DNA from: the human T2T-CHM13v2.0 reference genome, Homo sapiens
DNA: 64,000 bases
Assembly: GCF_009914755.1 (NCBI RefSeq)
Contig: NC_060930.1
Direction: 5' to 3' (one strand)
The notes beneath the pieces are model-generated. The model made no database searches and was not told the origin of the DNA. It worked only from the letters and a program-made list of their open reading frames with translations. Shown piece by piece: positions 61,601-64,000 of this stretch. Numbering within the stretch: the stretch's first letter is position 1; every line of letters starts with the position of its first letter. The position numbers and the translations under genes are program-made.

Positions 61601-64000
61601 TGTGATGTGTGCATTCAATTCAAAGAGTGAAACCTCCCTTTTCACAGAGCAGTTTTGAAACACTGTTTTTGTAGGATTTCCAAGGGGATATTTATAGCGC
61701 ATTGAGCCTACGGCGGAAAAAGAAACATCTTCCTATAAAAACTAGACAGAATACTTCTCAGAATCTGCTTTGCGATGTGTGCGTTCAACTCACAGAGTAA
61801 AACTTTTCTTTTGATAGAGCAGTTTTGAAACACTCTTTTTGTAGTATTTACATGTGTATATTTAGAGCGCATTGAAGCCCACAGTAGAAAAGGAAATAAC
61901 TTCACCTAAAACCTAGACAGAAGCAATCTCAGAAACTACTTTGTGATGTGTACATTCAACTCACAGAGTGGAACTTTCCTCTTTATAGAGCAGTGTTGAA
62001 ACACTCTTTTTGTAGAAACTGCAAGTGGATATTTGGACCTCTTTGAGGCCTTCGTTGGAAACGGGATTTCTTCCTATAACCCTAGACAGAAGAATTTTCA
62101 GAAACCTCATTGTGATGTGTGCGTTCATCTCACAGAGTGGAGTCTTCCGTTTGATAGAGAAGTTTTGAAACCCTGTTCTTGTAGGATTTCCAAGTGGATA
62201 TTTAGACCACTTTGAAGCCTATGATAGAAAAGGAAACATCTTCATGGAAAACATAGATAGAATCATCCTCAGAAACAACTTTGTGATGTGTGCGTTGAAC
62301 TCACCGTCTTTAACCTTTCTTTTGGTAGAGAAGTTTTGAAACACTCTCTTTGTAAAGTCTACAAGTGGATATTTTGAGCCCTTGGAGGCATTCTTTGGAA
62401 AAGGGAATGTCTTCACATAAAAGGCAGACGGAAGTGTTCTCAGAAACTGCTTTGTGATGTCTGTGTTCAACTCACAGAGTTTAACATTTCCTTTGATAGA
62501 GCGGTTTAGTAACCCTCTCTTTGTAGAATTTGGAAGTGTATACTAAGAGCGCTTTGAGGCCTATGGTAGAAAAGGAAATATCTTTCCATAAAAGCTAGAC
62601 AGAAGCAATCTCAGAAACTCCTCTGTGATGTCTGCATTCAACTCACCGAGTGGAACATTCCTCTTGAGAGAGCAGTTTGGAAACACTCTTTCTGTAGAAT
62701 CAGCTTGTTTGTATTTGGACCTCCTTGAGGCCTTCGTTGGAAACGGGTTTTCATCTTATAAACCCAGACAGAAGAATTCTCAGAGTCTTCTTTGTGATGT
62801 GTGCTTTCAACTCACCGAGATAAAGATTTCTCTTGATAGAGCAATTTGGAAACACTCTTTTTGTAGAATTTGCAAGGGTACATTGAGAGCGCTTTCAGGC
62901 CTATGGTAGAAAAGGGAATATCTTTCCATAAAAGGTAGACAGAAGCAATCTCAGAAACTACTTTGTGATGTGTGCATTCAACTCACCGAGTGCAACGTTC
63001 CTCTTGACCGAGCAGTTTGGAAACATTGTTTCTGTAGAATCTGCAAGTGGATATTTGGACCTCTTTGAGGCCTTCGTTGGAAACGGGATTTCTTCCTATA
63101 AACCCAGACAGAAGAATTCTCAGAGACTTCTTTGTGATGTGTGAATTCAACTCACAGTGTGGATCCTTCCTTTTGATAGAGCAGTTTTGAAACCCTGTTT
63201 TTGTAGTATTTCCAAGCGGATATTTGGAACGCCTTGAAGCGTATGGTAGAAAAGGAAATATCTTCCCATAAAACCTAGACAGAACCAATCTCAGAAACGA
63301 CTTTGTGATGTCTGCATTCAAGTCACAGAGTTGAACATTTCTCTTGATAGAGCAGTTTTGAAACCCTCTTTCTGAAGGATCTGCAAGTGGATATTTGGAA
63401 CTCCTTTGGGTCTTCGTTGGAAACGGGATTTCTTCGTATAAATCTAGACAGAAGAATTCTCCGAAACTTCTTTGGTTGTGTGCATTCAAGTCACAGAGTG
63501 GAACCTTCCTTTGGATAGAGCAGTTTGAAACGCCGTGGTTGTAGTATTTCCAAGCGGATATTAGAGCGCCTTGAGGCCTATGGTAGAAAAGGAAATATCT
63601 TCCCATAAAACCTAGACGGAAGCAATCTCAGAAACTACTGTGTGATGGCTGCATTCCACACACACGGTGGAACATTTCTCTTGATAGAGCAGTTTTGAAA
63701 CACTCTTTCTGTAGAATCTGCAAGTGGATAATTGGACCGCCTTGAGCCCTTCGTTGGAAACGGGATTTCTTCATGTTACTCTAGATAGAAGAATTCTCAA
63801 ACACTGCTATGTGATGTTTGCATTCAAGTCACAGAGTGCAACATTCCTCTTGGTAGAGCAGTTGGGAAACACTCCTTTTGTAGAATCTGCAATGGGATAT
63901 TTGGACTTCTTTGAGGCCTTCGTTGGAAACGGGATTTCTTCGTATGAATCTAGACAGAAGAATTCTCAGAAACTTCCTTGTGATGTGTGCATTCAACTCA
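58651..64000 (+). repeat. 18-mer HOR (U22) plus a truncated 18-mer (U23)
   Basis: Anchor at 58651 and 61708. U23 contains the 18-mer-specific segment at ~63460-63965. Confidence 0.94.

Larger units (their letters stand above)
1..64000 (+). repeat. D6Z1: Alpha-satellite centromeric HOR array, most likely human chr6 D6Z1 (SF1/SF01-type)
   Basis: Seen: ~170-bp periodic motifs (TTCTCAGAAAC..TTGTGATGTGTGCATTCAACTCACAGAG, TTGATAGAGCAGTTTTGAAACAC), CENP-B boxes CTTCGTTGGAAACGGGA, near-identical units at 3,057/2,551-bp spacing, and one GGATCC per unit (1815-1820). Known: D6Z1 is an 18-mer ~3-kb BamHI repeat. Alpha-satellite identity is essentially certain; the chromosome assignment is about 0.9. Confidence 0.95.

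Noticed and set aside
362-63606. Recurring 60-207 aa ORFs on both strands (e.g. 207 aa at 9290-9913, 119 aa at 10031-10390)
   Set aside because: They are translations of satellite monomers. They are internally repetitive at the monomer period, overlap on both strands and mostly use non-ATG starts. They change length with HOR variant or single indels and show no recognisable domain.
1-64000. Transposon insertion, inversion or non-satellite island
   Set aside because: Every inter-anchor distance is explained by 3,057, 2,551 or 2,720 bp with -4 or -1 indels. All CENP-B boxes seen are on the same strand, and there is no poly-A, Alu or L1 sequence.
1-64000. Claim that this window is the CENP-A/kinetochore (CDR) site
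   Set aside because: High homogeneity and intact boxes indicate a live array, but CDR position is epigenetic and cannot be read from sequence.

Overview
All 64 kb is one uninterrupted, same-orientation array of primate alpha-satellite DNA (~170-bp monomers with CENP-B boxes), organised as a very homogeneous higher-order repeat (HOR). The 3,057-bp 18-monomer unit, its single BamHI site and the dimeric A/B monomer style point to the live human chromosome 6 centromeric array D6Z1. That assignment is from recall, not a database search. I see no genes, RNA genes, transposons or inversions; the listed ORFs are recurring satellite artefacts, and I used their coordinates as a ruler. With units phased at 362, the HOR order is 15,15,15,18,18,18,15(-4 bp),18,15,15,16,15,18,18,18,15,15,15,18,18(-1 bp),15,18,18(partial). 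That is 11 15-mers (2,551 bp), 10 complete 18-mers (3,057 bp) and one 16-mer (2,720 bp). I found no evidence of a new gene system. The interest lies in array evolution: mappable deletion junctions, a second 15-mer junction type, CENP-B box number differing by variant (7/6/5), SNV haplotypes linked to HOR length, recombinant units, local duplications and uneven mutation load.
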